A stretch of 64,000 nucleotides of DNA from the NCBI GenBank assembly GCA_965279375.1, contig OZ257156.1, forward strand, positions 3,552,001 through 3,616,000, read 5' to 3'. Position 1 is the stretch's first letter; every line of letters starts with the position of its first letter. The position numbers and the translations under genes are program-made. Positions 1 to 10,941 of this stretch are shown here, piece by piece. The stretch comes from Gemmatimonas sp. GTDB lineage: Bacteria > Gemmatimonadota > Gemmatimonadetes > Gemmatimonadales > Gemmatimonadaceae. The notes beneath the pieces are model-generated. The model was not told the origin of the DNA and did not search any database. It saw only the letters and a program-made list of their open reading frames with translations.

Positions 1-175
1 GCGTGAACAGCCAGACGGTTGCCGAGACGCGCTTGAGCGGCGGCCTAGGTCTGCCGATCGCTCGCCAATTCGCGTCCATGGACTTCTCGATCCAGCGCGC
101 CAATCGCACGCTGCGTGGTGGTGGTGCCAAGGAATCGGCGTGGCTGTTGGGCTTCGGCGTGCAGCTGCGCCCGTA

Positions 176-176
<1 letters not shown>
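1..176 (+). CDS. 3' end of a probable outer-membrane beta-barrel protein (partial)
   Basis: Frame from nt 3 is open and reads VNSQTVAETRLSGGLGLPIARQFASMDFSIQRANRTLRGGGAKESAWLLGFGVQLRP*. It has an alternating hydrophobic beta-strand pattern. TAA 174-176 overlaps the miaB ATG (TAATG). Confidence 0.6.
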
Positions 177-1594
<1,418 letters not shown>

Positions 1595-1683
1595 GCGCGC
1601 GGCCGCTTCACTGTCGCAACGAATCGCGACGCACGGAAACGTTTGGGTACAGAGGCACGCGACGCATCAGCACATGATGCAGC

Positions 1684-4092
1684 GTGCCTCTTCTCGTTCA
1701 CACAGTCGTCGCGTGGATCTCCGGACTCACGCTCGCCGCGCTCGCGTTCGGCGACGCCACCCGGTTGGCGATCACCCAGTCCGCGATGGCGCAGACCGGG
1801 GTCGCGCAGGCAGCCACGATGCACGCCACCGTCCCCTGGTGGAATCTCGCCGCGGGAGGCGTCGCCCTCATCGGCCTGCTCGGTGGCGCCCTCCGACTCA
1901 CGGGACGCGCGACTCCGCTCTCAGCACTCGCGCTCGTCACTGCCGCAGGAATGCTCGTCGGTCGAGCGTCTGCCACACAGCGCGCCACCTGTGCGTCACT
2001 CCTCGCGCAATCCGCCTCGCTGCAAATAGTGCTCGACGAACGCGTCGCTCCCCAGAGCCGCGCCACCGGCCAAACACTCGGCGACGGCGATCCAACGCTG
2101 CACTCAGCGATCGACCGCTGCAGAATAGCCGCCACCATTCGAGTGCGCTCCGGGACAGCGCCAGCCGGCGCCATCGCGACTCTCACCATCACCGAGACCA
2201 CTCGCACGACAGCACGAGGCATCCGCGTCACCGGCGATATAAACGACACGGGCAGGCGCGATCACCTCCGTCAGTGGCGCGGGCGCATCGGCGAACACAT
2301 CGACCGCCTCTACGGACAACACGCCCCGCTCGTCCGAGCACTGTTAATCGCCGACCAACACGCGATCGCCCCCGACATCCGCGATCGTTTCGCCGACGCC
2401 GGACTCGTACACATGCTCTCCATCTCCGGACTGCACGTGGCCATCATCGCCGAAGCGCTGCTCACCCTCGCCGTCGCCTGCCGCATCCCCAAACGAACGG
2501 CACAGCCGCTCGCGCTCTTGGCCGTGACGCTCTACGTCCTCATGCTCGGCGCGCCCCCGCCAGCCGTCCGCAGCGCCGTCATGCTCGCTACGGTCACCTT
2601 CACAGACCTTCTGCAGCGCCCCGTCCATCCCTGGACTGCACTCGCACTCGGCGCGGTCGTTCCCACCCTCGACCCCGCAGTGGTGGTCGACCTCGGCTGG
2701 CAACTCAGCGTCGGCGGCATGGCGTCGCTCGTCGCCGCACGAGCACTGCTCCGCCGTCTCCGCACGGTGGAGATCTCGAGTGTCGAACAGCGCGTCGCGC
2801 GCGCCGTACTTCGCCGGCTGAGAGAACTGCACGGGTGGCGCGCCACGCTGTTCCGAGAAATGGCGACGGGCGTCATCGCCACACTCGTCACCGCGCCGCT
2901 GGTGGCCTGGACCTTCGGTCGCGTCAGCATCATCGCGCCGCTCAGCAACCTCGTCGCGGGACCCGTCGTCGCGGTGCTGCAGCCCGCAATGTTCCTGTCG
3001 ATTCTCCTCATCCCCTGGTCGGCCGCCGCGTCGCTCGTCGCTGATGGGAGCGTGATCCCGCTCCGCGCACTCGATGTCGTCGCACGCCTCACCGCACGGG
3101 TGCCGCACGCCTCGCTCCACATCGCCCCGACACTCGTCGGCGCCACCCTCGCCGGCCTCGCCTCCATCGCCTTCGTGCGGGCCACTGCGGCCCGCCGGTG
3201 GACGCCATGGCTGGTTGCCGCGACCGGCGCACTCTCCTGCGCCACATGGCTGCCAAGACTCACACGCGGCACCGGCGCGCTCGAACTGCATCTGCTCGAC
3301 GTGGGCCAAGGGGACGCCATCGCCCTTCGCACCCCTAAAGGACGATGGGTGCTGGTCGACGCCGGACGCGTCTGGGACGGAGGCGATGCCGGCCGCCGAG
3401 TCGTCGTGCCGTATGTGCAACGACGGGGCGGGGACGTCGCAGCCTTCGTGATGTCGCACGCCCACGACGACCACATGGGCGGCGCCGCCAGCGTCGCCCA
3501 CGCGCTGCACCCGCGCCGCTGGTGGGAGCCGGCCTTTGTCAGCCCAAACCCGCACTATAGAGCGCTGCTGGAGGTGCTCCAACGCGCCCAGCTCACCTGG
3601 CAACGCGTCCACCCACACGACACGATGTCGCTCGACGGCGTGCAGTTCACTGTACTCGCTCCCGACTCCGTCTGGACGGCCGCACAACACGATGCCAACG
3701 AAACCTCCGTCGTGCTCCGCGTAGCATACGGCGAGGTAGCGTTCCTGCTCACCGGAGACGCAGAAGCCGCGGAGGAAGCTTGGCTGCTCGCGCACGCCGA
3801 TCCGCACGAGCTGCGCGCCGACGTGCTCAAACTCGGCCACCACGGCAGCAAGACCAGCTCGACCGCACCGTTCATCGACGCGGTTCGGCCCTCACTCGGC
3901 CTCGTCTCCGTCGGCGAGGACAACCGGTATGGCCATCCGTCACCGGAAGTACTCGGCGCTTTCGCCGAACGAGGCGTGCCGCTGCTACGAACCGATCGCG
4001 ACGGCGTCGTGGTCATTGCGACCAACGGGCACCAGATTCGAGTGGAGAGCGGAGGCGACAGCTGGCAACTGCTGCGTGCGGTAGCGAGATGA
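1684..4092 (+). CDS. comEC: ComEC/Rec2 DNA internalization competence protein
   Basis: Competence-domain motifs GLVHMLSISGLHV, PAVRSAVM, WQLS and SNLVAGP. C-terminal MBL domain with LDVGQGDA, SHAHDDHMGG, LLTGD, KLGHHGS and NRYGHP. Confidence 0.95.
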   Translation: MPLLVHTVVAWISGLTLAALAFGDATRLAITQSAMAQTGVAQAATMHATVPWWNLAAGGVALIGLLGGALRLTGRATPLSALALVTAAGMLVGRASATQRATCASLLAQSASLQIVLDERVAPQSRATGQTLGDGDPTLHSAIDRCRIAATIRVRSGTAPAGAIATLTITETTRTTARGIRVTGDINDTGRRDHLRQWRGRIGEHIDRLYGQHAPLVRALLIADQHAIAPDIRDRFADAGLVHMLSISGLHVAIIAEALLTLAVACRIPKRTAQPLALLAVTLYVLMLGAPPPAVRSAVMLATVTFTDLLQRPVHPWTALALGAVVPTLDPAVVVDLGWQLSVGGMASLVAARALLRRLRTVEISSVEQRVARAVLRRLRELHGWRATLFREMATGVIATLVTAPLVAWTFGRVSIIAPLSNLVAGPVVAVLQPAMFLSILLIPWSAAASLVADGSVIPLRALDVVARLTARVPHASLHIAPTLVGATLAGLASIAFVRATAARRWTPWLVAATGALSCATWLPRLTRGTGALELHLLDVGQGDAIALRTPKGRWVLVDAGRVWDGGDAGRRVVVPYVQRRGGDVAAFVMSHAHDDHMGGAASVAHALHPRRWWEPAFVSPNPHYRALLEVLQRAQLTWQRVHPHDTMSLDGVQFTVLAPDSVWTAAQHDANETSVVLRVAYGEVAFLLTGDAEAAEEAWLLAHADPHELRADVLKLGHHGSKTSSTAPFIDAVRPSLGLVSVGEDNRYGHPSPEVLGAFAERGVPLLRTDRDGVVVIATNGHQIRVESGGDSWQLLRAVAR

Positions 4093-4619
4093 TCGAGCGC
4101 GCGCTTTCGGTCGACGAGAGGTTGGACGAACGGAATGGCCATGCGTGCAGGAGCGGGGTGAACCGTGCGATGCGGATGATCTGGGAGTGGCTGATCGGAC
4201 GCCCGCTGGCGTTGCCCGATGCGTTGGTCGCGCGTCATCGCGCACTCGGGGATGCGCAATGGCGCTGCGGTGGTCTGCCTCCGCGAATCGGCGGCTGGGC
4301 ACTCGGCAGGCGCACCGTGCTCGGAATCGCGGTCGGGCGCACCGTCTTTCTCGCGCCCGAAGCGCAACTCGACGCGGGTTTGCTCTTGCACGAGGTTGCC
4401 CACGTTCATCAGTTTCAGCGCGTTAGCGGTTTCGTCGTGCGCTATCTCTGGGAAAGTGTGCGCCGTGGCTACGCGGCCAATCGCTTCGAACGAGAAGCCG
4501 ATGACTTTGCTGCGCGTGCGCTCCTGATCGACCCGCCGTATCCCGCCCAGTCCGCCAGCGCGCTTTCAACACTCGATTCGCGCGCAGGCATATCGGACAT
4601 CCCGTTCCGAGGAGTTTGA
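4089..4619 (+). CDS. DUF4157-like small zincin-motif protein
   Basis: GIAVGRTVFL, LLLHEVAHVHQ (HExxH) and FEREA motifs. ATGA overlap with the comEC stop. An alternative start exists at 4170. Confidence 0.75.
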   Translation: MIERALSVDERLDERNGHACRSGVNRAMRMIWEWLIGRPLALPDALVARHRALGDAQWRCGGLPPRIGGWALGRRTVLGIAVGRTVFLAPEAQLDAGLLLHEVAHVHQFQRVSGFVVRYLWESVRRGYAANRFEREADDFAARALLIDPPYPAQSASALSTLDSRAGISDIPFRGV

Positions 4620-5680
4620 CCGTGGTCAAGCACACCGCCACATCCGTCGTCACGATCGAGCGTTTCATCATCGAACAGGAGCGGGCGTTCCCGGAAGCGA
4701 CCGGTGAGCTGTCCGGCATCCTGTACGACATGGCGCTGGCCGGGAAAATGATCGCCAACAAGGTGCGCAGCGCCGGCCTTGCTGACATCCTCGGCGCAAC
4801 CAGCGACGTCAACGTGCAGGGCGAGGTCCAGCAGAAGCTCGACGTCATCGCCAACGAGATCATCGTCAAGGCGTTCGATCACGGCGGTCGCCTCTGCGCC
4901 ATGGCGTCGGAAGAAGAGCCGGACATCATTCATATCCCCGAAGGATTTCGGAACGGCAAGTACGTGCTGCTCTTCGATCCCCTCGACGGCTCGTCCAACA
5001 TCGACGTCAACGTGCCCGTGGGCACGATCTTCTCCGTGTATCGCAAGATCACGCGCGGAACGCGCGGCGAGATGGAAGACATGCTGCAGCCCGGACGTCG
5101 CCAGGTCGCGGCCGGCTATGTCATCTACGGCTCCAGCACCATGCTCGTCTACACGACGGGGCAGGGTGCGCACGGCTTCACGCTCGATCCGTCCATCGGC
5201 GAGTTCCTGCTCTCGCATCCCAACATCCGCATCCCCGACCGTGCGCGTTATCTCTCGGTCAACGATGCCTACGAGCAGGATTGGCCCGATCACACGCGCG
5301 CGCTCATGCGCCGCTACCGCGGCCTCGACGGCGTACGCAAGCCGCTCAATGTGCGCTACGTCGGCTCACTTGTCGCTGACTTCCATCGCAACCTCCTCGG
5401 CGGCGGCGTTTTTTGCTATCCGGCCAACGAAAAGGCACAGCGCGGCAAGCTGCGCCTGCTCTACGAGGCCAATCCGCTCGCGTTCATCGCAGAGCAGGCG
5501 GGCGGTCTCGCAACTGATGGACACCGTCGCGTGATGGATCTCGAAGCCACCGAACTGCACCAGCGCACGCCGCTCTACATCGGCAGCAAGGCCGAAGTGG
5601 AAACCGTCGCAGAGTTCGCGCCCGCCGAACCGCCCTACGCGAATTACCGACGTCGCGCCGTTGACGTCGCCTCTGCCTGA
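4616..5680 (+). CDS. fbp: Class 1 fructose-1,6-bisphosphatase
   Basis: GEVQQKLDVIAN, ASEE, FDPLDGSSNIDVN, RYVGSLVADFHR and GKLRLLYEANP motifs. Confidence 0.95.
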   Translation: MTVVKHTATSVVTIERFIIEQERAFPEATGELSGILYDMALAGKMIANKVRSAGLADILGATSDVNVQGEVQQKLDVIANEIIVKAFDHGGRLCAMASEEEPDIIHIPEGFRNGKYVLLFDPLDGSSNIDVNVPVGTIFSVYRKITRGTRGEMEDMLQPGRRQVAAGYVIYGSSTMLVYTTGQGAHGFTLDPSIGEFLLSHPNIRIPDRARYLSVNDAYEQDWPDHTRALMRRYRGLDGVRKPLNVRYVGSLVADFHRNLLGGGVFCYPANEKAQRGKLRLLYEANPLAFIAEQAGGLATDGHRRVMDLEATELHQRTPLYIGSKAEVETVAEFAPAEPPYANYRRRAVDVASA

Positions 5681-5785
5681 TGCATTGCAACATCGTGCGC
5701 GCGGTTCCGCTGCGCCGCACACATTCCTGATCGTCAACCAACGGCGGCGTCGCGTACAGCGGCGCCGCCGTCGCTAATATCCGGC

Positions 5786-7387
5786 ATGACTTCCACCGAA
5801 CGACTCTCTCCGTCTGGCATCCCCGTCCCCATCGTCGTGCGCCCCGGCGACAACACGGTCGACTACGCGCGCGACCTCGCCGATCCTGGTGTCTTCCCGT
5901 TCACGCGCGGTGTGCAGCCCACGATGTATCGCGGCCGCCTCTGGACCATGCGTCAGTACGCCGGCTTCGGTACGGCCAAGTCCACAAACGAGCGCTTCAA
6001 ACTGCTGCTCGACGCCGGACAAACGGGATTGTCGGTCGCCTTCGACCTGCCGACGCAGATGGGCATCGACTCCGATTCCCCGCGCGCGAGTGGCGAGGTC
6101 GGACGGGTTGGCGTGGCGATCGACACCGTAGAAGACATGCACGTCCTCCTCGACGGCATTCCGCTCGATCAGGTCTCCACCAGCATGACGATCAATGCGA
6201 CGGCGTCTACGCTGCTCGCGATGTACATCGTGGTGGCCGAGGAGCGGGGGATCGATCGCGCGAAGCTGTCGGGAACCGTGCAGAACGATATTCTCAAGGA
6301 GTACATCGCGCGCGGCACGTACATCTATCCGCCGGCGCCGTCGCTCGCGCTCACCGCCGAGATGTTCCGGTTCTGCGCCGCGGAAGTGCCGCTCTGGAAT
6401 CCGATCTCCATTTCGGGTTATCACATCCGCGAGGCCGGCTCCACCGCCGTGCAGGAGTTGGCGTTCACCTTCGCCGACGCGCTCGCGTACGTCCAACAGG
6501 CGGTCGATGCGGGACTCGCGGTCGATGCATTCGCTCCGCGCTTGTCGTTCTTCTTCGCCGCGCACAGCGATGTGTTCGAAGAGGTCGCCAAGTTCCGGGC
6601 GGCGCGACGCATGTGGGCGCGACTGATGCGCGAGCGCTTTGGCGCGAATGACAACAGCTGCCGCCTGCGCTTTCACACGCAGACCGGCGGCGTCACGCTC
6701 ACCGCCCAGCAACCGCTCAACAACGTGGTCCGCGTGACGCTGCAAGCGCTCGCCGCCGCGCTCGGCGGCACGCAGTCGCTGCACACCAACGGCTACGACG
6801 AAGCGCTGGCTTTGCCCACCGCCGAAGCGGCCACGCTCGCGCTCCGCACGCAGCAGATCGTCGGATTTGAGTCAGGAGTCACGCAGACCGTCGATCCGCT
6901 CGCAGGCAGCTGGTACGTCGAGCAGCTCACTGACGAAGTCGAAGCCCGTGCCCTCGAGCTCATCGCGCGTGTCGATGCGTTGGGAGGCGCGGCCGAAGCG
7001 ATTCGCGAAGGGTTCTTTCAGGAGGAGATCGGGCGCAGCGCCTACGCGCATCAGCTGCGTGTCGAAGCCGGCGAGACGGTGGTGGTGGGCGTCAACAAAT
7101 TCGGCGACGGACAGGATCCGCCGATCATTCCGGCGCCCAACTTCTCCGAACTCGAGCGCGGCCAGGTGGAGCAGCTTCGAAGCGTGAAGTCCGCGCGCGA
7201 TGCGGCAGCCGTCGAGCTGGCCTTGGCCGAGATTCGCAACGCGGCCGTCGAGTACTTGCCGTCGCACAGCGGTGCACGTTCTCCGCTCATGCCCATGATC
7301 ATCGACGCGGTGCGCGCGCGTGCCTCGGTCGGTGAAATCGCCGATGCGTTGGAGCGCCAGTGGGGACGGTATGTACCGGCTCTCTGA
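5786..7387 (+). CDS. Methylmalonyl-CoA mutase family, substrate-binding (large) subunit without a fused B12-binding domain
   Basis: [44 protein letters not shown] and GGTQSLHTN motifs. No DxHxxG domain in 533 aa. Confidence 0.92.
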   Translation: MTSTERLSPSGIPVPIVVRPGDNTVDYARDLADPGVFPFTRGVQPTMYRGRLWTMRQYAGFGTAKSTNERFKLLLDAGQTGLSVAFDLPTQMGIDSDSPRASGEVGRVGVAIDTVEDMHVLLDGIPLDQVSTSMTINATASTLLAMYIVVAEERGIDRAKLSGTVQNDILKEYIARGTYIYPPAPSLALTAEMFRFCAAEVPLWNPISISGYHIREAGSTAVQELAFTFADALAYVQQAVDAGLAVDAFAPRLSFFFAAHSDVFEEVAKFRAARRMWARLMRERFGANDNSCRLRFHTQTGGVTLTAQQPLNNVVRVTLQALAAALGGTQSLHTNGYDEALALPTAEAATLALRTQQIVGFESGVTQTVDPLAGSWYVEQLTDEVEARALELIARVDALGGAAEAIREGFFQEEIGRSAYAHQLRVEAGETVVVGVNKFGDGQDPPIIPAPNFSELERGQVEQLRSVKSARDAAAVELALAEIRNAAVEYLPSHSGARSPLMPMIIDAVRARASVGEIADALERQWGRYVPAL

Positions 7388-7394
7388 CGACTGA

Positions 7395-8969
7395 ATGCAC
7401 CAGGCTCGCGTCGGCCAAGTGAAGAGACTCTCGCTCACGGCTCGGCTGACGATGCGTGGCCGTCGACGCGCGCTGCGCGTACTGCTGGTGAGCGTGGCGA
7501 TGAGCGCCTGGTCGACCGCGGGGGTGGCGCAGACAGCGACTCGTGGAGCAGGCGCCTCGCAGTCATCCGCGCGGCAGACCGATAGCGTCCCGGCCACCGC
7601 GGCGAAGGCATCGGCTCGCTCTCCCAAGTCGACGGACCCAAAGCCCCCCGCGCGACCCGACTTCAAGAATCTCCGGTTCGACGAGACATGGACGCGCGCC
7701 AATCGCACAGGGCACTGGGACGATGAGGTCAAGGCCATCGCGCTTGGCTCGAACGCGACGCTGACTCTGGGCGGACAAGTCCGGTGGCGCGAGGAGTTCG
7801 CCAAGGACTTCAATCTCTCATCGGTCAGCGACACGTACGCGCAGTCGCGCACGCTGCTCGACGCCGACCTGCAGGTCGGGAATCCCAAGCGCTGGCACGC
7901 ACGCGCCTACGGGGAATTCCGCGATGCACAGTCGTACGATCGCGACCTGCCCGGCGGCACGCGCGCGCAGGATGCCGATCGCGCGGACGTGCAGAATCTC
8001 TTCGTCGATGCCGCGTTCGGCCGGTCGTTCGTGCGCGTCGGCCGTCAGGAAATCGTCGCGGGACGCGAACGATTGATTGGCGTGCCTGACTGGTCCAACA
8101 CCCGACGCGGCATGCAAGGCGTTCGGAGCCAGTTCGTGCGCGGCAGCATTGCGCTCGACGCCATGGCGGTGCGGCCCGTCGTGGTGCGACTCGCGCAGGG
8201 CAACATCGGCGACACCACCACGCAGCTGCGCGTGCTTGCGTTGGGCAATGCCGCCGGCGCCAAGCCGGCGGCGCGTGGCCTGCCGGCCGTATGGCAGGCC
8301 TACGTGTACGAGCAGCAGATCGACGTCGCCACGCCCACGCGTCGCATCACGAGCGGCGGTCGAGTGGCGTGGACTTTGGGTGCCGCAAATGCCTCCCGTA
8401 GCTACACGCTGGAGGCGGAAGGCGCGCGGCAATCAGGATCGACCGGTGCGCGACAGCTGCGGGCTTGGTTCTGGACCGCCGAGGCGCAACTGCAGTGGCG
8501 TCGGGTGCGCGGGACGCCCACCGTGGCGCTTGGGCTTGAGGAGGCCAGTGGCGATGGCGACAGCAAGGACGCGAGACTCGAGGCGTTCAATACGCTGTAT
8601 GCTGCCGCGCACCAGCATGGCGGATTCGCGGACGTCTTCGGACGCACCAACGCGCGGGAGACGCACGTCATCTCCACGTGGGATCCCATTCGCAAGCTGA
8701 GTCTTCGGGGCGCGTGGCATCGCTTCGATCGGCTGCGGCTGGACGACGGCGTGTACAACAAGCAGAACGCAATCATGCGCGCCGCTTCCGGGTCGCGCGC
8801 ACGTCACGCGGGCGACGAGGTCGACCTCACAGGCACGTTCAACGCGACGCGACACCTGCGTCTGATCGCGGGACACGCCTGGGTCGCGCCGGGCGCCTTC
8901 ATGCGGACGACGCCGGGAGGTGCGCGTACCGAGCGTTGGGGATTCGTCGGGACCACATTCACGTTCTGA
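7395..8969 (+). CDS. Alginate export (AlgE-like) family outer-membrane beta-barrel
   Basis: Signal peptide; LRFDETW; VRVGRQEIVAGRERLIG..WSN; ASGDGD...FNTLY; GDEVDL; C-terminal F. Start uncertain (7395 or 7452). Confidence 0.75.
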   Translation: MHQARVGQVKRLSLTARLTMRGRRRALRVLLVSVAMSAWSTAGVAQTATRGAGASQSSARQTDSVPATAAKASARSPKSTDPKPPARPDFKNLRFDETWTRANRTGHWDDEVKAIALGSNATLTLGGQVRWREEFAKDFNLSSVSDTYAQSRTLLDADLQVGNPKRWHARAYGEFRDAQSYDRDLPGGTRAQDADRADVQNLFVDAAFGRSFVRVGRQEIVAGRERLIGVPDWSNTRRGMQGVRSQFVRGSIALDAMAVRPVVVRLAQGNIGDTTTQLRVLALGNAAGAKPAARGLPAVWQAYVYEQQIDVATPTRRITSGGRVAWTLGAANASRSYTLEAEGARQSGSTGARQLRAWFWTAEAQLQWRRVRGTPTVALGLEEASGDGDSKDARLEAFNTLYAAAHQHGGFADVFGRTNARETHVISTWDPIRKLSLRGAWHRFDRLRLDDGVYNKQNAIMRAASGSRARHAGDEVDLTGTFNATRHLRLIAGHAWVAPGAFMRTTPGGARTERWGFVGTTFTF

Positions 8970-9153
8970 TCGGCATTCGCAGGGACGCCCGCTGAGCCTG
9001 CTAGGTCTGGAGCTGGCTCGCTGCTCGATTGCCATCCGTCGTGTTGCGGCCACGGAACGGTTCGGCGTCGCACGCACGCCACAAGCAGTCGCGCGCGTTG
9101 CCGTGCGCACGCGGCAAGTCATTGGCACGGAAGTACATCGATCTCTGGGAATA

Positions 9154-9169
9154 TTGGCGCTGCTCTTGC
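9154..9169 (+). promoter_or_regulatory. Candidate sigma54 (-24/-12) promoter of the PEP-CTERM gene
   Basis: TTGGCGCtgctcTTGC has exact GG-N10-GC spacing, about 70 nt upstream of ATG 9242. Confidence 0.65.
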
Positions 9170-9241
9170 GGTCCGTTACGGATGAGGGGCCGCGACCGTC
9201 GGCCGCTCGAGGGCGGCAGGGACCCACGTCAGGAGTCTTGA

Positions 9242-10048
9242 ATGATCCGTCGACACCTTGTTCGATCGTTCGCGCTACTCGGACTCGTCGTCTCCGCGAT
9301 GAGCACGGCTGGTGCGCAGGGGCGCATCTTCGTCAACAATGACGAGTGGACGCTCAGCAGCACCGGCATCGCTGCCGCCGGCGCGGCCAACGTCACGCAG
9401 TTCACCCGCAACGTCGCGTCGTGGCTGGCGGGCGGTACAAGCGGCTCCATTCTCATCGCCAGCGGAAACTTCGGCTTTCCGGCCAGCACCATCGGGACCG
9501 ATCTGGGCACCGGCGGCTACAACTTCTCCGTGACGCAGAACAACACGGCCGCGGGTTGGGCGAACCGGAGCAGCTACAGCGCGGTCTTCATCGACAACAG
9601 CACGGTGGGTGCCGGCTCCGCGCAGCTCCAGACCGATCTGCAGGGCTATGTGCTCGGCGGTGGTAGCGTGTTCATCAATTTCGGTACAGGCATCAGTGGA
9701 GCTGCTCAGGAGGCGGCCAACTACCAGACCTTCCTGAACTACTTCGGTCTCACGGTGGTCGGCGCCGGCTACAACGGCATCGGCGGAAACAACAACACGA
9801 CCGGATACGCATCGCAGGGGCCGTACGGCTCGGCGCTCTTCACCGGCGTGAGCGCGCTCTATCAGGACAACGGAAATTCCGTGCTTGCCGGCGGCTCGAA
9901 CACTGCGGGGTACAACACGCAGATCTTCGGTGGCGCGCTCTACGCCGCTGCGGCACCGTCGAGCGTCGTACCGGAGCCGTCGACCTACATGCTGATGATC
10001 GCCGGTCTCGCCGGGCTCGGCTTTGTGGCGCGTCGCCGTCGCGCCTGA
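9242..10048 (+). CDS. PEP-CTERM sorting domain-containing exported protein
   Basis: Signal peptide, G/S/T/N-rich body, C-terminal VVPEPSTYMLMIAGLAGLGFVARRRRA. AGGAG RBS. Confidence 0.95.
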   Translation: MIRRHLVRSFALLGLVVSAMSTAGAQGRIFVNNDEWTLSSTGIAAAGAANVTQFTRNVASWLAGGTSGSILIASGNFGFPASTIGTDLGTGGYNFSVTQNNTAAGWANRSSYSAVFIDNSTVGAGSAQLQTDLQGYVLGGGSVFINFGTGISGAAQEAANYQTFLNYFGLTVVGAGYNGIGGNNNTTGYASQGPYGSALFTGVSALYQDNGNSVLAGGSNTAGYNTQIFGGALYAAAAPSSVVPEPSTYMLMIAGLAGLGFVARRRRA

Positions 10049-10071
10049 TCTCCCGCTTGCCGGAGTCGCCG

Positions 10072-10096
10072 CGGGCCGCCCAGTTCGGGCGGCCCG
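10072..10096. terminator. Hairpin between convergent genes
   Basis: CGGGCCGCCC-agttc-GGGCGGCCCG, a perfect 10-bp stem with only a weak U tract. Confidence 0.55.
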
Positions 10097-10118
10097 TTCG
10101 CGTTAGCAACACCCTCGA

Positions 10119-10703
10119 TCACGGCGTGGGATACACCATCACCGCGTACTCCCGCTGCCACCGACGCCCGTCAGTCAGGAGCACGATACCGGTCACGCTC
10201 CATTGCCGCGTGTGGCTGCTGTCGAAGTAGGAGGGCGGCACGCCGGGAGGGAGCATGACGTCGGCGGTGGCTGTCCACGGAGTTCCGGGCCGCAACAGCG
10301 CATCGGCAACGGGCACGTCGATCTGCCACGCTCCCGGCGCCGGTCCACTGCGCGACTCGCGGTAGCCGAACACCAGCGAGGCTTCCTGCACAACGCCCTC
10401 GTGTCGCGGGTCGATGCGTACCGTGCAGGTGCTCAGCTCGCCCGGCACGAGGTTCAGGTCCGCCATCTCGAGCGCCACGCCACCGATGGTGCGCCAAGCC
10501 GCCCAGCGGGCGCGTAGCGGCCACAACACCGTGTAGCAGTACCACAGGCCTAGCGCGCCCACGCCCACGGCGTTGAGGTCGCGCATCAGCACCAGCGTGA
10601 TGGAGCCCGCAATCACCAGCAGGATGCTGATGCTCCCGGTGAACATCGCCAGTCGCACGTCGGTACGCCGACTGAGCGGACCCCACTCCTCGACGGCCAT
10701 CAC
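10119..10703 (-). CDS. Hypothetical membrane protein (2 TM plus beta-rich C-terminal domain)
   Basis: Two hydrophobic helices followed by a beta-strand-rich segment; protein-like composition. Confidence 0.65.
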   Translation of the reverse strand: MMAVEEWGPLSRRTDVRLAMFTGSISILLVIAGSITLVLMRDLNAVGVGALGLWYCYTVLWPLRARWAAWRTIGGVALEMADLNLVPGELSTCTVRIDPRHEGVVQEASLVFGYRESRSGPAPGAWQIDVPVADALLRPGTPWTATADVMLPPGVPPSYFDSSHTRQWSVTGIVLLTDGRRWQREYAVMVYPTP

Positions 10704-10941
10704 ACGATACGTGTCTGCCTTGGGGCCGAGCGGGTCGATGGAAACTCCGGAACGGTAGCGGGTGACGAGTTGCGGGTCTCGGGAACGGTAGCGGGAACGC
10801 TACCGCGAACGATGAAACGCGCCAACCACGCGCCGCGTGCCGACCGCTCGCTCCCGATCAGCGACCCGTGCTCGCCAACGGTGCGCCGCGGCGGCATACT
10901 GGCCGAGAGGACGCGGTGCACCCCGCGCGTCCACCTTCCCG

